A stretch of 64,000 nt of DNA. Source: Eledone cirrhosa (Eukaryota). The stretch spans positions 100,998,001-101,062,000 of the forward strand of contig OZ024740.1 in NCBI GenBank assembly GCA_964016885.1, read 5' to 3'. Below are positions 1 through 11,025 of this stretch, piece by piece (the stretch's first letter is position 1; every line of letters begins with the position of its first letter). The translations under genes and the position numbers were made by a program. The notes beneath the pieces are model-generated. The model searched no databases, had not been told where the DNA came from, and worked only from the letters and a program-made list of their open reading frames with translations.

Positions 1-475
1 CTCCTGCTTGTGGTCTTACTCCAGCCACAGACCTCATCCGTCACCTCTAGTAAGTTATTTTTTAGGAACTCTCAGTGCTCTTCTACATTGAATGTCTGTA
101 TCTATTCTTCTCTACTGTCGTAGGCGTTGAGTAAAATATCTTTAAATCTGTTACTGGCTGAGGAGTCTTTCAGCTTCCAGATCTTTCTTCTCCAGGTTGG
201 CCTCTGTTTCCAGGTTCGTCTAGTTCTGACCGTGAGGTCGCTGACAACTAAGCTATGTTGGGAGGTACATTCCTCACTAGGGAAGGCTTTTGTGTTTACG
301 ACCATCCATCTGTCACGTCCTCTGATGAGGATAAAATCTATCTGACTAGAATGCTCCCCTGATCTATAGGTGATCAGGTGGTTGTCGGGTTTTTTGAAGT
401 TTGTGTTACATACCGACATGTCATTGGCGTCGCAGAATTCTAGAAGTCTGAATCCTTCTTCATTTCTTGTGCCAA
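1..475 (-). mobile_element. RTE-clade LINE fragment (C-terminal half of APE endonuclease)
   Basis: Translation GTRNEEGFRLLEFCDANDMSVCNTNFKK...ITYRSGEHSSQIDFILIR...SQHSLVVSD is an APE C-terminus, clearly homologous to the RTE copy at 51820-52360. Confidence 0.85.
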
Positions 476-1419
476 CAAGAAATAGAGTTATGAAAACAAT
501 ATGTTCCTTGCAAAAGCGTATCCACCCACAATGCTCTGAAGTCTCCAAGACAGCTGAGAGGCTTACATGAAGAAATAAAACTCAGCTATTTTTCAGACAG
601 TGGTGTGAGCTTAACAATAAATAAGTGATAATGGGACATATAGCAGCAGTAATATATTTTCATTGACATAACTCTATTCTCCATGGAAACATAGTGCTAC
701 TATATGTAAAATATTATTACATCTGTTTGGAAAAATACAATGCATTTTATTGTGATTACTAACTATATGGTACAGTAATGATGCCATTTTTAACCACCAG
801 TTGCAATTAGGTTTTGTGTTCTACTTGCATGTTTGATTGTATTCAATAGCTTCTCACTTCCTTCATACATACATAAAACCATTTTCTTGACTACGTAAAA
901 AAAAAAGAAACATTACTGAAGAAAATTTCTTTGTTATTGGTGTGAGTTAGAAATAAACAAGAAAATGAAAGATGAGGTAGAGTGGTATGTTTTAGGTAAA
1001 CAAACAACTTCTTAGTTCACACAACCACCAGGACCATCATTAAGTCATCTTTTGTCTATATCTGTTCATCTATTCATGTGCACTGGGACATGACTGTGTG
1101 TTTCAAAACTTTGCTTCACTGTTAGATAACATTGTGTTCAAACCTGCTACAGCCCCTTGAATAAATGTCTTTTAGCACACAGAAAACAGTAGAGTGATAA
1201 AGATTGTGATAAGAAATGATTAAACATTGACAGATGAGTGTGAGAAATAGACGAAACTTCAGAATAACAAGATTGATTATTTAGCCTTAATAAAATTAAT
1301 ATTTAAACTCTGCTTCAATATTAAGTACACTTTTCTCTGGACCATCAATGGTATATGGATATATACATACATACACACACACACACACATATATACATAC
1401 ATACATATATATTATAATT

Positions 1420-1827
1420 GAACTTGCAATCGAAAGGTTGTAAGTTCAATTCTCGAACTGGGTGATGTGTTGTTTCCTTGAGCAAGAAACTCTATTTCAC
1501 ATTGCTCCAGTTTACTCAGCTGTAGAAATGAGATGATAGGACTGGGGTCCCTATCATTACATTGCAAAGTGGTTGTGGAGGTGACATGCAAAAAAGCACC
1601 CAGCCCACACTGTAAAGTGGACGGGTAGGTGCCACTGAAAAAAAGCACCCAGCACACACTCTAAATGAGGTTGGTGTTAGGAAGGGCATCCAGCTGTAGA
1701 AATCAAGCCAGAATCAGCTCCCATATAAGCAAGACAAGGTCAGCCGACCGGACACTGCCCGCAACAGGACAACCCGTCTAACCCATGCTAGCATGGAAGA
1801 ACGGACGTAAAACGGTGATGATGATGA

Positions 1828-1830
<3 letters not shown>
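1420..1830 (+). mobile_element. tRNA-derived SINE family 1 (head partly truncated) with RTE-type 3' end and (GAT)n tail
   Basis: B-box-like GTTCAATTC, body shared with 7170-7517, internal ~46-bp repeats, ends ACCCATGCTAGCATGGAAGAACGGACGTAAAACG(GAT)n like the RTE at 12363-13408. Confidence 0.85.
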
Positions 1831-1901
<71 letters not shown>

Positions 1902-2121
1902 GTATATGCATATATATATATATATATACATATATGCATATATATACATATATGTATATATATGCATACATATATATATATTTATATATATTGTTATACT
2001 TTGGGAGGGTCATGTTGCCAATAAGAAACACACGCACCAGATGCTTTCACTTCAATTTATTATAATAAATTTATAAATTTCCGGTTGGTTGGTTCCACAA
2101 CCAGATAGTTGTTTATATATT

Positions 2122-2164
2122 GTCAAAGTTCTTTCGTCACACATTCTGTGACCTCTTCAGTGAC
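2122..2164 (-). ncRNA. Minimal type-I hammerhead ribozyme motif
   Basis: Exact reverse complement of the motif at 2242-2284. Confidence 0.65.
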
Positions 2165-2241
2165 TGGGGATTCTTTACTTTGTTTTGTGTGCGTAGGACA
2201 GAACAAAGGAGAGGCACAAAAAACAAAGAAAAGAATCCCCA

Positions 2242-2284
2242 GTCACTGAAGAGGTCACAGAATGTGTGACGAAAGAACTTTGAC
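2242..2284 (+). ncRNA. Minimal type-I hammerhead ribozyme motif
   Basis: GUCA-CUGAAGA-G-GUCACA(GAAUG)UGUGAC-GAAA-GAAC-UU-UGAC: stem I GUCA/UGAC, 6-bp stem II, very short stem III, CUU triplet. Confidence 0.65.
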
Positions 2285-2814
2285 AATATATAAACAACCA
2301 TCTGGTTGTGGAACCAACCAACCAACCGGAAATTTATAAATTCCTAAATTTATAAATTTATAATAAATTTATTATAAATTTATAATAAATTGAAGTTAAA
2401 GCAACTTGTGCGTGTGTTACTTACTGGCAACATGACCCTCCCAAAGTATAACAATATCGGTTTCAACACACGTTTTCAGATAAAGAATCTTGCTAAACAA
2501 ATTCAGAAACGAAATATTTATATATATATATGTATATATAGGCATACACACATATACATATAAACATATGTAGAAATGTGTACATAAACACATATGTGTG
2601 TTTCTGTGAATGTGTTTGCATGTATATATGTGTGTATATATGCATGTACGTATATTTTATGCATACTCTGCATATGTTTCTTTGTAATATATTCAGATAA
2701 CATAACAAAACCACAGATACATAACAATATAAACTTACATAAAGACATTCATCTATAGAAACCTACATATAAACAAACATGTGCACTCATGCACCTACAC
2801 ACACACACATGTAT

Positions 2815-3030
2815 ATAACGACTGACTAAATACCCTTGTGCTTTTTCTGAAAAACACTTTTTCTGTTCCTTCCTTTTCTCAGTCTATTTTTCAATTTCAT
2901 CTTTATTTCATATTCTATGTTCTGATGAAGGACTAGCGTCCAAAACATAAACACTCTTTTCAAGCATTAAACTAGTTTATTTCTTCATTGCACTGTGTTG
3001 TTTACCATGTTGTTTCTGTTTACTTTTCAC
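2815..3030 (+). mobile_element. Probable Penelope-like 3' tail fragment with degenerate hammerhead (2917-2954)
   Basis: TGTT-CTGATGA-A-GGAC(TAGC)GTCC-aAAA-CaTA-AACA; two G>A changes at CpG sites; ends in (CA)n(TA)n. Confidence 0.5.
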
Positions 3031-3040
3031 ACACACACAC

Positions 3041-3130
<90 letters not shown>

Positions 3131-3156
3131 ATGTAATAAACAACATAAGGCAATTA

Positions 3157-3216
3157 TTCCATTTACCAGTGGTTTCTTAAAAGCAAAAGGTTTTGCTTCC
3201 AATCCTCAGAATGAAA
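3157..3216 (-). ncRNA. Type-I hammerhead ribozyme (distal, GUA triplet)
   Basis: UUCAUU-CUGAGGA-UUGGAAGCAAAA(CC)UUUUGCUUUUAA-GAAA-CCACUGG-UA-AAUGGA. Confidence 0.75.
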
Positions 3217-3361
3217 AGATCCTGGTTTGTTTATTGAATTTGGATTTTAAAAACAAAAATGCAATCTATATGAAAGTGAGGCTGGAGAAGGAAGAAGGAA
3301 AGGAAAAATAAAATAAAACTACACATGCAAACACACACACAAAAAACACAAAAGCATACAT

Positions 3362-3432
<71 letters not shown>

Positions 3433-3517
3433 TACATATACAAATATATATACATACACATATATACACGTACACATACATACACATATACACATACATT
3501 CACTCATACATACACAC

Positions 3518-3564
<47 letters not shown>

Positions 3565-3978
3565 TATACATATATATATATATATATATATGTGTGTACA
3601 AGCATACACATACACAAAAATAGCCATACACACACACATATACATACATACATTCACACAATCATACATATATACACACGTACATACATACACATACATA
3701 AATGCACTCCTCTACATATTCACACACGCAAATAAATATAAGAAAAAAATATATATATATTAAACATTTTTGACACCGATACATAAGGCAGCTAACTGGA
3801 CAGACACGCGTGGTAAGTAATACACACAAATGCACGTATACATACGTACGAAATAGTAAATACATACACACCCTCTCACACATAAATATACATATACAAA
3901 TACATAAACACATACATACATGCACAAACACGCACACGTATACAATATATACACACACATATGTATATGTAATTATAT

Positions 3979-4011
<33 letters not shown>

Positions 4012-4197
4012 CATAAATATAAACATACACACACACACATATATGTATACATACACACACATATACATACATAGCTATACAATTATACACATACAAATAC
4101 GTACATATCATAAACACGCACAACCAAATACACACACACACACACACACACATACATATATATAGTAGTAAAGTAATAAAGCAACATAAGGCAATTA

Positions 4198-4257
4198 TTC
4201 CATTCACCAGTAGTTTCTTAAAAGCAAAACCTTTTTCCTCCAATCTTCAGAATGAAA
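4198..4257 (-). ncRNA. Type-I hammerhead-like motif (proximal, non-canonical GUG triplet)
   Basis: UUCAUU-CUGAAGA-stem II-GAAA-CUACUGG-UG-AAUGGA; position 17 is G, which violates the NUH rule. Confidence 0.55.
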
Positions 4258-4571
4258 AAAACCTGGTCTATCAACATATACATACATATACACACACAAA
4301 TATATACATATATATACACATACACATACACACACATATACATATATATATATACATACATATATACATATATATATATACACACAAATATACATACACA
4401 TAAACATAGGTATGTGAAGGGCAAGGCAAAAAGAATATATGGGGGGGGGGGACATAAGAAAAGGTGAAATATAAGGGGAGGTAAGGGAGAAAAAAATAAG
4501 TAAATATACAAGTGTACAGAACGTAGAATCAGCAAAATAAAAACCGTAGCAGAAGTAAAGAGCAGAGGAGT

Positions 4572-5544
4572 TCAAGGCGGTTGATTTATCATAGGAGTGT
4601 CAATCCAGTTACAGATCAGATGCGATTTCAGATGAGGACAGCATCTGAAGATCTCAGTCTTTGAGTTAAGGTAAGCGGAAGTGGCTCTCAAGTTTAGCAA
4701 AATCCTATACTTTTCTGTGGTACACAAAGAACAATTCTTTGTGCTCCTTTGGTACTCCCTCGAATGGTCTAATATAGACCAATCAATAGAGTACGGGATG
4801 TTACTATCCTTGAGTTCCCACACCTTACTTGCGAGGGCCGTTGATGTTCGTTTATCGGAGTGCTTAAAAGAAGCGACATGTGAGTAAAATCTGGTTTTAA
4901 ACCTGTCCTGGGTCATACCGACATATCGCTCACTCCTGGCTGGCTGGTTGTTGATTACCGGTGTTATCTTAGCCTCATAAACGACAGATTTGGTGTTACA
5001 TTTACCCTGCAATGGGCATTCATCCGGCTTCCTGCAACTGCATCCTGGATTTATTCTCGTACGGTTTGAACTGGTGATTTTGGACTTCATAGATGGGCAA
5101 CAAGAGTAGCTGATCTTAACTACGTTCCTATTAAATATCTTATAATATCTATGATTAGGAGGTAAATGTTTGTCTAATAGTTCAAGGAATTTCCTTCCTA
5201 CAGTAGTTTTGAAAGTTAGAGAGAAGGGTGTGTGAACCAAATAATCTTCCTTTTCCTGTTATTGTGGTTAGTTTTAGGGGGGGGGGGTTAGGTAAATAAG
5301 ACATTTTTTCTGTAAAACCGCTGTTCTTAAGGGCTTTATTATAATAAGGGGCGGCTTTATTAAAAATGTCTATAGACGAAGATAAGGTAGAAATCCTACG
5401 GCTAATGTTAGGAATAAGATTATTAAAAACTATAGGGGGGATGGCAAGACTCTTTGTGTATATACCTAAGATTTTCATTAGGTTTATGATAGTGTTTAAA
5501 AGAGGCAGTAAGTAGATCAAGATTAATATCAAGAAAGTTAGCAT
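4572..5544 (-). pseudogene. 5'-truncated, frameshifted PLE polyprotein (RT C-terminus plus GIY-YIG endonuclease)
   Basis: ORFs 5182-5544 and 4572-5240; VVY...YVG GIY-YIG motifs, conserved R, H, E and N, CxC/CPLxGxC linker and CxLC insert typical of the Naiad group. Confidence 0.85.
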
Positions 5545-6322
5545 TAGATTTTAATCTTGATATTAATGTAACACCAAATGTAACACCAAATCTGTCGTTT
5601 ATGAGGCTAAGATAACACCGGTAATCAACAACCAGCCAGCCAGGAGTGAGCGATATGTCGGTATGACCCAGGACAGGTTTAAAACCAGATTTTACTCACA
5701 TGTCGCTTCTTTTAAGCACTCCGATAAACGAACATCAACGGCCCTCGCAAGTAAGGTGTGGGAACTCAAGGATAGTAACATCCCGTACTCTATTGATTGG
5801 TCTATATTAGACCATTCGAGGGAGTACCAAAGGGGCACAAAGAATTGTTCTTTGTGTACCACAGAAAAGTATAGGATTTTGCTAAACTTGAGAGCCACTT
5901 CCGCTTGCCTTAACTCAAAGACTGAGATCATCAGATGCTGTCCTCATCTGAAATCGCATCTGATCTGTAACTGGATTGACACTCCTATGATAAATCAACC
6001 GCCTTGAACTCCTCTACTCTTTACTTCTGCTACGGTTTTTATTTTGCTGATTCCACGTTCTGTACTCTTGTATATTTACTTATTTTTTTCTCCCTTACCT
6101 CCCCTTATATTTCACATTTTCTTATGCCCCCCCCCCCATATATTCTTTTTGCCTTGCCCTTCACATACCTATGTGTATGTGTATGTATATTTGTGTGTAT
6201 ATATATATATATGTATATATGTATGTATATATATATATGTATATGTGTGTGTATGTGTATGTGTATATATATGTATATATTTGTGTGTGTATATGTATGT
6301 ATATGTGGATAGACCAGGTTTT

Positions 6323-6382
6323 TTTCATTCTGAAGATTGAAGGAAACATTTTTTGCTTTTAAGAAACCACTGGTGAATGGAA
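6323..6382 (+). ncRNA. Type-I hammerhead-like motif (proximal, non-canonical GUG triplet)
   Basis: Counterpart of 4198-4257: UUCAUU-CUGAAGA...GAAA-CCACUGG-UG-AAUGGA. Confidence 0.55.
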
Positions 6383-6512
6383 TAATTGCCTTATGTTGCT
6401 TTATTACTTTACTACTATATATATGTATATGTAAGGTTCATGAATTATCTAAGACTGAGTTTTACACATACACACATGTATGTGTGTGTGTATGTGTATG
6501 CATATGTATATA

Positions 6513-6568
<56 letters not shown>

Positions 6569-6733
6569 TGTCTATATATATATATGTATGTGTGTGTGTG
6601 TGTGTGTGTGTGTTTGTATTTGGTTGTGCGTGTTTATGATATGTACGTATTTGTATGTGTATAATTGTATAGCTATGTATGTATATGTGTGTGTATGTAT
6701 ACATATATGTGTGTGTGTATGTTTATATTTATG

Positions 6734-6768
<35 letters not shown>

Positions 6769-7169
6769 ATATAATTACATATACATATGTGTGTGTATAT
6801 ATTGTATACGTGTGCGTGTTTGTGCATGTATGTGTATGTATGTGTTTATGTATTTGTATATGTATATTTATGTGTGAGAGTGTGTGTATGTATTTACTAT
6901 TTCGTACGTATGTATACGTGCATTTGTGTGTATTACTTACCACGAGTGTCTGTCCAGTTAGCTGCCTTATGTATCGGTGTCAAACATTTTTAATATATAT
7001 ATATATATTTTTCTTATATTTATTTGCGTGTGTGAATATGTAGAGGAGTGCATTTATGTATGTGTATGTATGTACGTGTGTATATATGTATGATTGTGTG
7101 AATGTATGTATGTATATGTGTGTGTGTATGGCTATGTTTGTGTATGTGTATGCTTGTACACACATATAT

Positions 7170-7517
7170 ATCATCATCATCATCATCATTTCATTTTACA
7201 TCCGCTTTTTCCCTGCTTGCAAGGGTGGGATGGGAACTGATGCTGGCTTGATTTCTACAGCTGGATGCCCTTCCTAACACCAACCTCATTTACAGTGAGT
7301 GCTGGGTGCTTTTTTGCCGTGGCACCTCCACGACCACTTTACAGTGGAATGATAGGGACACCAGTCCCTATCATCTCATTTCTACAGCTGAGTAAACTGG
7401 AGCAATGTGAAATAAAGTGCCTTGCTCAAGGAAACAACACATCACCCGGTCTGAGAATTGAACTCACAACCTTTCGATTGCAAGGCCAATGCTCTAACCA
7501 CTAAGCCATGTGCCTCC
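7170..7517 (-). mobile_element. tRNA-derived SINE family 1, full length, nested in the PLE arm
   Basis: Head GGAGGCACATGGCTTAGTGGTTAGAGC (A box)...GAGTTCAATTC (B box); (GAT)n tail; absent from the left arm, which has plain (AT)n at the matching site. Confidence 0.9.
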
Positions 7518-7520
7518 ATA

Positions 7521-7553
<33 letters not shown>

Positions 7554-7660
7554 GTGTGTATATGTGTGTGTGTGTGTATGTATGAGTGTATGTGTGTGTA
7601 TATGTGTATGTATGTGTATGTGCATATATGTGTATGTATATATATGTGTATATGTATATA

Positions 7661-7727
<67 letters not shown>

Positions 7728-7873
7728 ATGTATGCTTTTGTCTTTTTTTGTGTGTGTGTTTGCATGTGTAGTTTTATTTTATTTTTCCTTTCCTTCTTCC
7801 TTCTCCAGCCTCCCTTTCATATAGATTGCATTTTTGTTTTTAAAATCCAAATTCAATAAACAAACCAGGATCT

Positions 7874-7933
7874 TTTCATTCTGAGGATTGGAAGCAAAAC
7901 CTTTTGCTTTTAAGAAACCACTGGTAAATGGAA
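7874..7933 (+). ncRNA. Type-I hammerhead ribozyme (distal, GUA triplet; predicted cleavage after 7926)
   Basis: CTGAGGA 7881-7887, ~11-bp stem II 7888-7913, GAAA 7914-7917, stem III ACC/GGU, stem I UUCAUU/AAUGGA. Confidence 0.75.
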
Positions 7934-8032
7934 TAATTGCCTTTTTTTGTTTATTACACAATAATAATTAAGCTCTGTTACCTACATAGAGCACTCTTTT
8001 TTCCTGGACTTTTCCGACGGAATTACTTCATT

Positions 8033-8109
<77 letters not shown>

Positions 8110-8113
<4 letters not shown>

Positions 8114-8192
8114 CAAAGGAAATGTGGTAAGTAACCAGATGGACCATAACGCACCAAAGTACTCAATACTTAGTGTAGTAGAGTGGGTAATA
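8110..8192 (-). mobile_element. Short terminal fragment of the fold-back family seen at 57805-57986
   Basis: Reverse complement of 57905-57986; embedded in (TA)n. Confidence 0.6.
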
Positions 8193-8264
8193 TCATATAT
8201 ATATATATATATATATAGATATATATAGAGTGGGTAATATATATATATATATATATATACATAA

Positions 8265-8580
8265 AATTGGTTATGCAGGTGTCTTGATAAAAAGCACCTA
8301 GTCCACACTGTGAAGTGATCGTGTAGGTGTCATGATAAAAAGCACTCAGTCCACACAGTAAGGTGATTGCGTAGGTGTCTCAAGAAAAGTGCCCAGGACA
8401 CACTGTAAATATGGGTTGCATTAGGAATAGCATCCAGCCATAGAAACCAAATTAATATGAGTTCTGTGTGAGCAGATCACTGTCATCGAACTGGGCTTGT
8501 GTCACAATGGGACAGCTCATCTAACCCATACTAGTATGGAAAATGGATGTTAAACGGTTATGATGATGAAGATGATGATA
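8265..8580 (+). mobile_element. Older SINE/RTE 3' segment with three ~46-bp internal repeats and (GAT)n tail
   Basis: AAAAAGCAC..AGTCCACACTGT repeats, AGGAA.AGCATCCAGCC core, AACCCAT..TAG.ATGGAAAATGGATGTTAAACG tail. Confidence 0.7.
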
Positions 8581-9043
8581 TATAATAAACACAAGTACGT
8601 ATTTGAGTATGTGTGTGAATAAATGCAAAGAAGGAGATTAAAAGTTGGGCCTGAAGATTAGCTATCCTGTAGTTTTGGTTAATTCTCTGCAGCTAATACA
8701 GTGTATATGAAATAAACAAATGAATCATTGGCCAGCTCCTGTAACATATATCCACTTGCAGTTATTATATACATCCAACATAATATAAAACCAAACACAA
8801 TATGCTAGATATCTATATAAACACTTCAAGCAACCAGCTAACAAAATCAATGTTTATAGATGAAGTTAGTTGAGAATGTAAATGATCTGTTGCCAGTACA
8901 ATGATGGGTTTTATTATTTTTCCAGAAACTGAACTGGTGAATGTGTATGATTGTTTGTATGTGTCTGTCTGTCAGTCTGTATGCATTCATGCGCATATGT
9001 ATATATTTATATACAAGTATATATCTAACTCTCCATCTCTTTA

Positions 9044-9103
<60 letters not shown>

Positions 9104-9148
9104 TCTATTCATGTATATTTGTAGAGATGCAGGCATAAATGTACGAAT

Positions 9149-9184
<36 letters not shown>

Positions 9185-10522
9185 TTGTGTAAATATATAT
9201 ATGTATGTATGTATATGTATATGTCCCATATAGATTTATAGATGTAGTGAATAAGAGAGAAAAAAGCAGTATTTGATGACTATATGTCTGAACAGCAAAA
9301 GATCATTCTCACAAAATGTGCAGTGCAAACACGTTATATTGCCTTCAAACATAAACTACAAATAATAAAAATAATGTAAATACTAAAGTAAGACAAACAA
9401 ATATGACAAAATAACAATACCAAAACATAAGCAGAAGCAACAACAACAATAAAAATATATAAGCAAAAGACTTGGATTTTTGTCTGAAGATACTTATAAC
9501 TGATACACTTTGTTGGTTCTACTCAAAATATCACTAAACACATGTACATACAGACACACACACACATATATATGATGATGATGATGATATATATATATAT
9601 ACATAGTAAAATAACGGAGTAAAGGACTCGTGTATAATCCTGTAATTCAATGAGCTCAAAGGAAAGAGTATTCCTGGGCACTTTAAAATACAATAAAGAG
9701 GGGAAAATACAGAAGAGTGTGTTTTCATTTACAGGATTTTAAACCACCAGCGTGAAGAGAATATAAGCTAAGAGAGGTGTAAGAAAAACATTATAATTAA
9801 AAGTATAAATTAAAATGAGAAACTAACCTCCTAACTAAATCACACATGTACACACTCACTAGGAGATTGTTTCGCCATATAGTGGGTTCCAATTCGACTT
9901 AGTGGTTCATCAGCATGTGCAAAAGCCGATATTGTTCGCACTACTAAATAGAGAACTATTGTAACCACCTGTCACATGTGCATGATAAAATTAACATTGA
10001 AATTTGTGATTGATGGTCTTTGAGTTAGTTTTCAACCAGGGTTATTGATCTCTTGAATAAGTTAAGAACTAAGCCTCACTTAACCATTTCATATTTGGCA
10101 CAATTTTATGGTTGATTGTCCCTCATATTGTTGACCATTTTACAGAGTGTACTAAATACAATATATCATCATTATTTAATGTCTGTGTTCCCTGTTAGCA
10201 AGAATGAGAAAGGTTCATGTTATTATTACACCAGCACTAGAGAGTTTGATATGCGTTTGACAGAACTGAAAATCCTCCCGACCATATGTATGGCAAGATT
10301 TCTATGGCAGATTCTCATTCTTGATTAACACAGGACTGATGATGGCCCAAAGATCAAGAAAAAGAAACTACAGGTACAAGTAATAAGCTTTCAATAAGAG
10401 TTAATATGACGTCATTAACAGTATTGAGTAATATTGTCACTTTACTGCAATTCACACAATTGGCAACCCATAATCATTTACCAATCTATTTATATACATA
10501 TATATATATATATATATGTAAA

Positions 10523-10643
<121 letters not shown>

Positions 10644-10647
10644 CATA

Positions 10648-10682
<35 letters not shown>

Positions 10683-10897
10683 ATATACATAACATATATA
10701 TATATATATACAGGGGCAGAGATCTGAGTTAGAGTAATAAAACAGAAATGCAGCTGTCCAAATGAAATTGTCAATTTACATATCATTTGGGATTTGTCTG
10801 GACCCATTATTGTTTCGAAGTCTAATTACATTATATGATATTTCAGAGAATATTACTGACTAAAACTATATTGAGTTACATATATTATTTTCTATAG

Positions 10898-11025
<128 letters not shown>

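Larger units (their letters stand above)
1988..2519. mobile_element. Non-coding fold-back element (arms 1988-2192 and 2214-2457, plus ~60-nt extension on the right), probably Penelope-like pLTR-derived
   Basis: The arms are near-perfect reverse complements, each carries a hammerhead motif, and (TA)n flanks both sides. Confidence 0.75.
3123..5550 (-). mobile_element. Penelope-like element, Naiad-type, left arm (end of RT, linker, GIY-YIG endonuclease, pLTR)
   Basis: Frameshifted translation NFLDINLDL...YIHKESCHPP...ISRRISTLSSS...YNKALKNSGF...IIWF...FLELLDKH...KIFNRNVVKISYSC...CSCRKPDECPLQGKC...VVYEAKI...YVGMT...FKTRFYSH...CSLCTTEK...LN; followed by a tail with two hammerheads. Confidence 0.9.
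5576..8030 (+). mobile_element. Penelope-like element, Naiad-type, right (inverted) arm with ~65-nt terminal extension
   Basis: Reverse complement of 3123-5003; GIY-YIG ORF 5663-6007; interrupted by a SINE at 7170-7517; extra tail 7963-8030 also found at 50500-50567. Confidence 0.9.

Noticed and set aside
4572-6320. Selenocysteine recoding or a SECIS element in the Naiad-type element (known for some Naiads)
   Set aside because: Conserved Cys positions are ordinary Cys codons with no in-frame TGA in the visible part, and no convincing AUGA-AA-GA stem-loop was seen downstream. The missing 5' part cannot be assessed.
7420-7517. tRNA gene (A and B boxes, possible GCA anticodon) at SINE heads
   Set aside because: No acceptor stem or complete cloverleaf, and always fused to the SINE body and tail.
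8265-8415. CRISPR-like regularly spaced ~46-bp repeats
   Set aside because: Whole-unit tandem repeats inside a SINE/RTE 3' region, with no unique spacers, no cas genes and a eukaryotic context.
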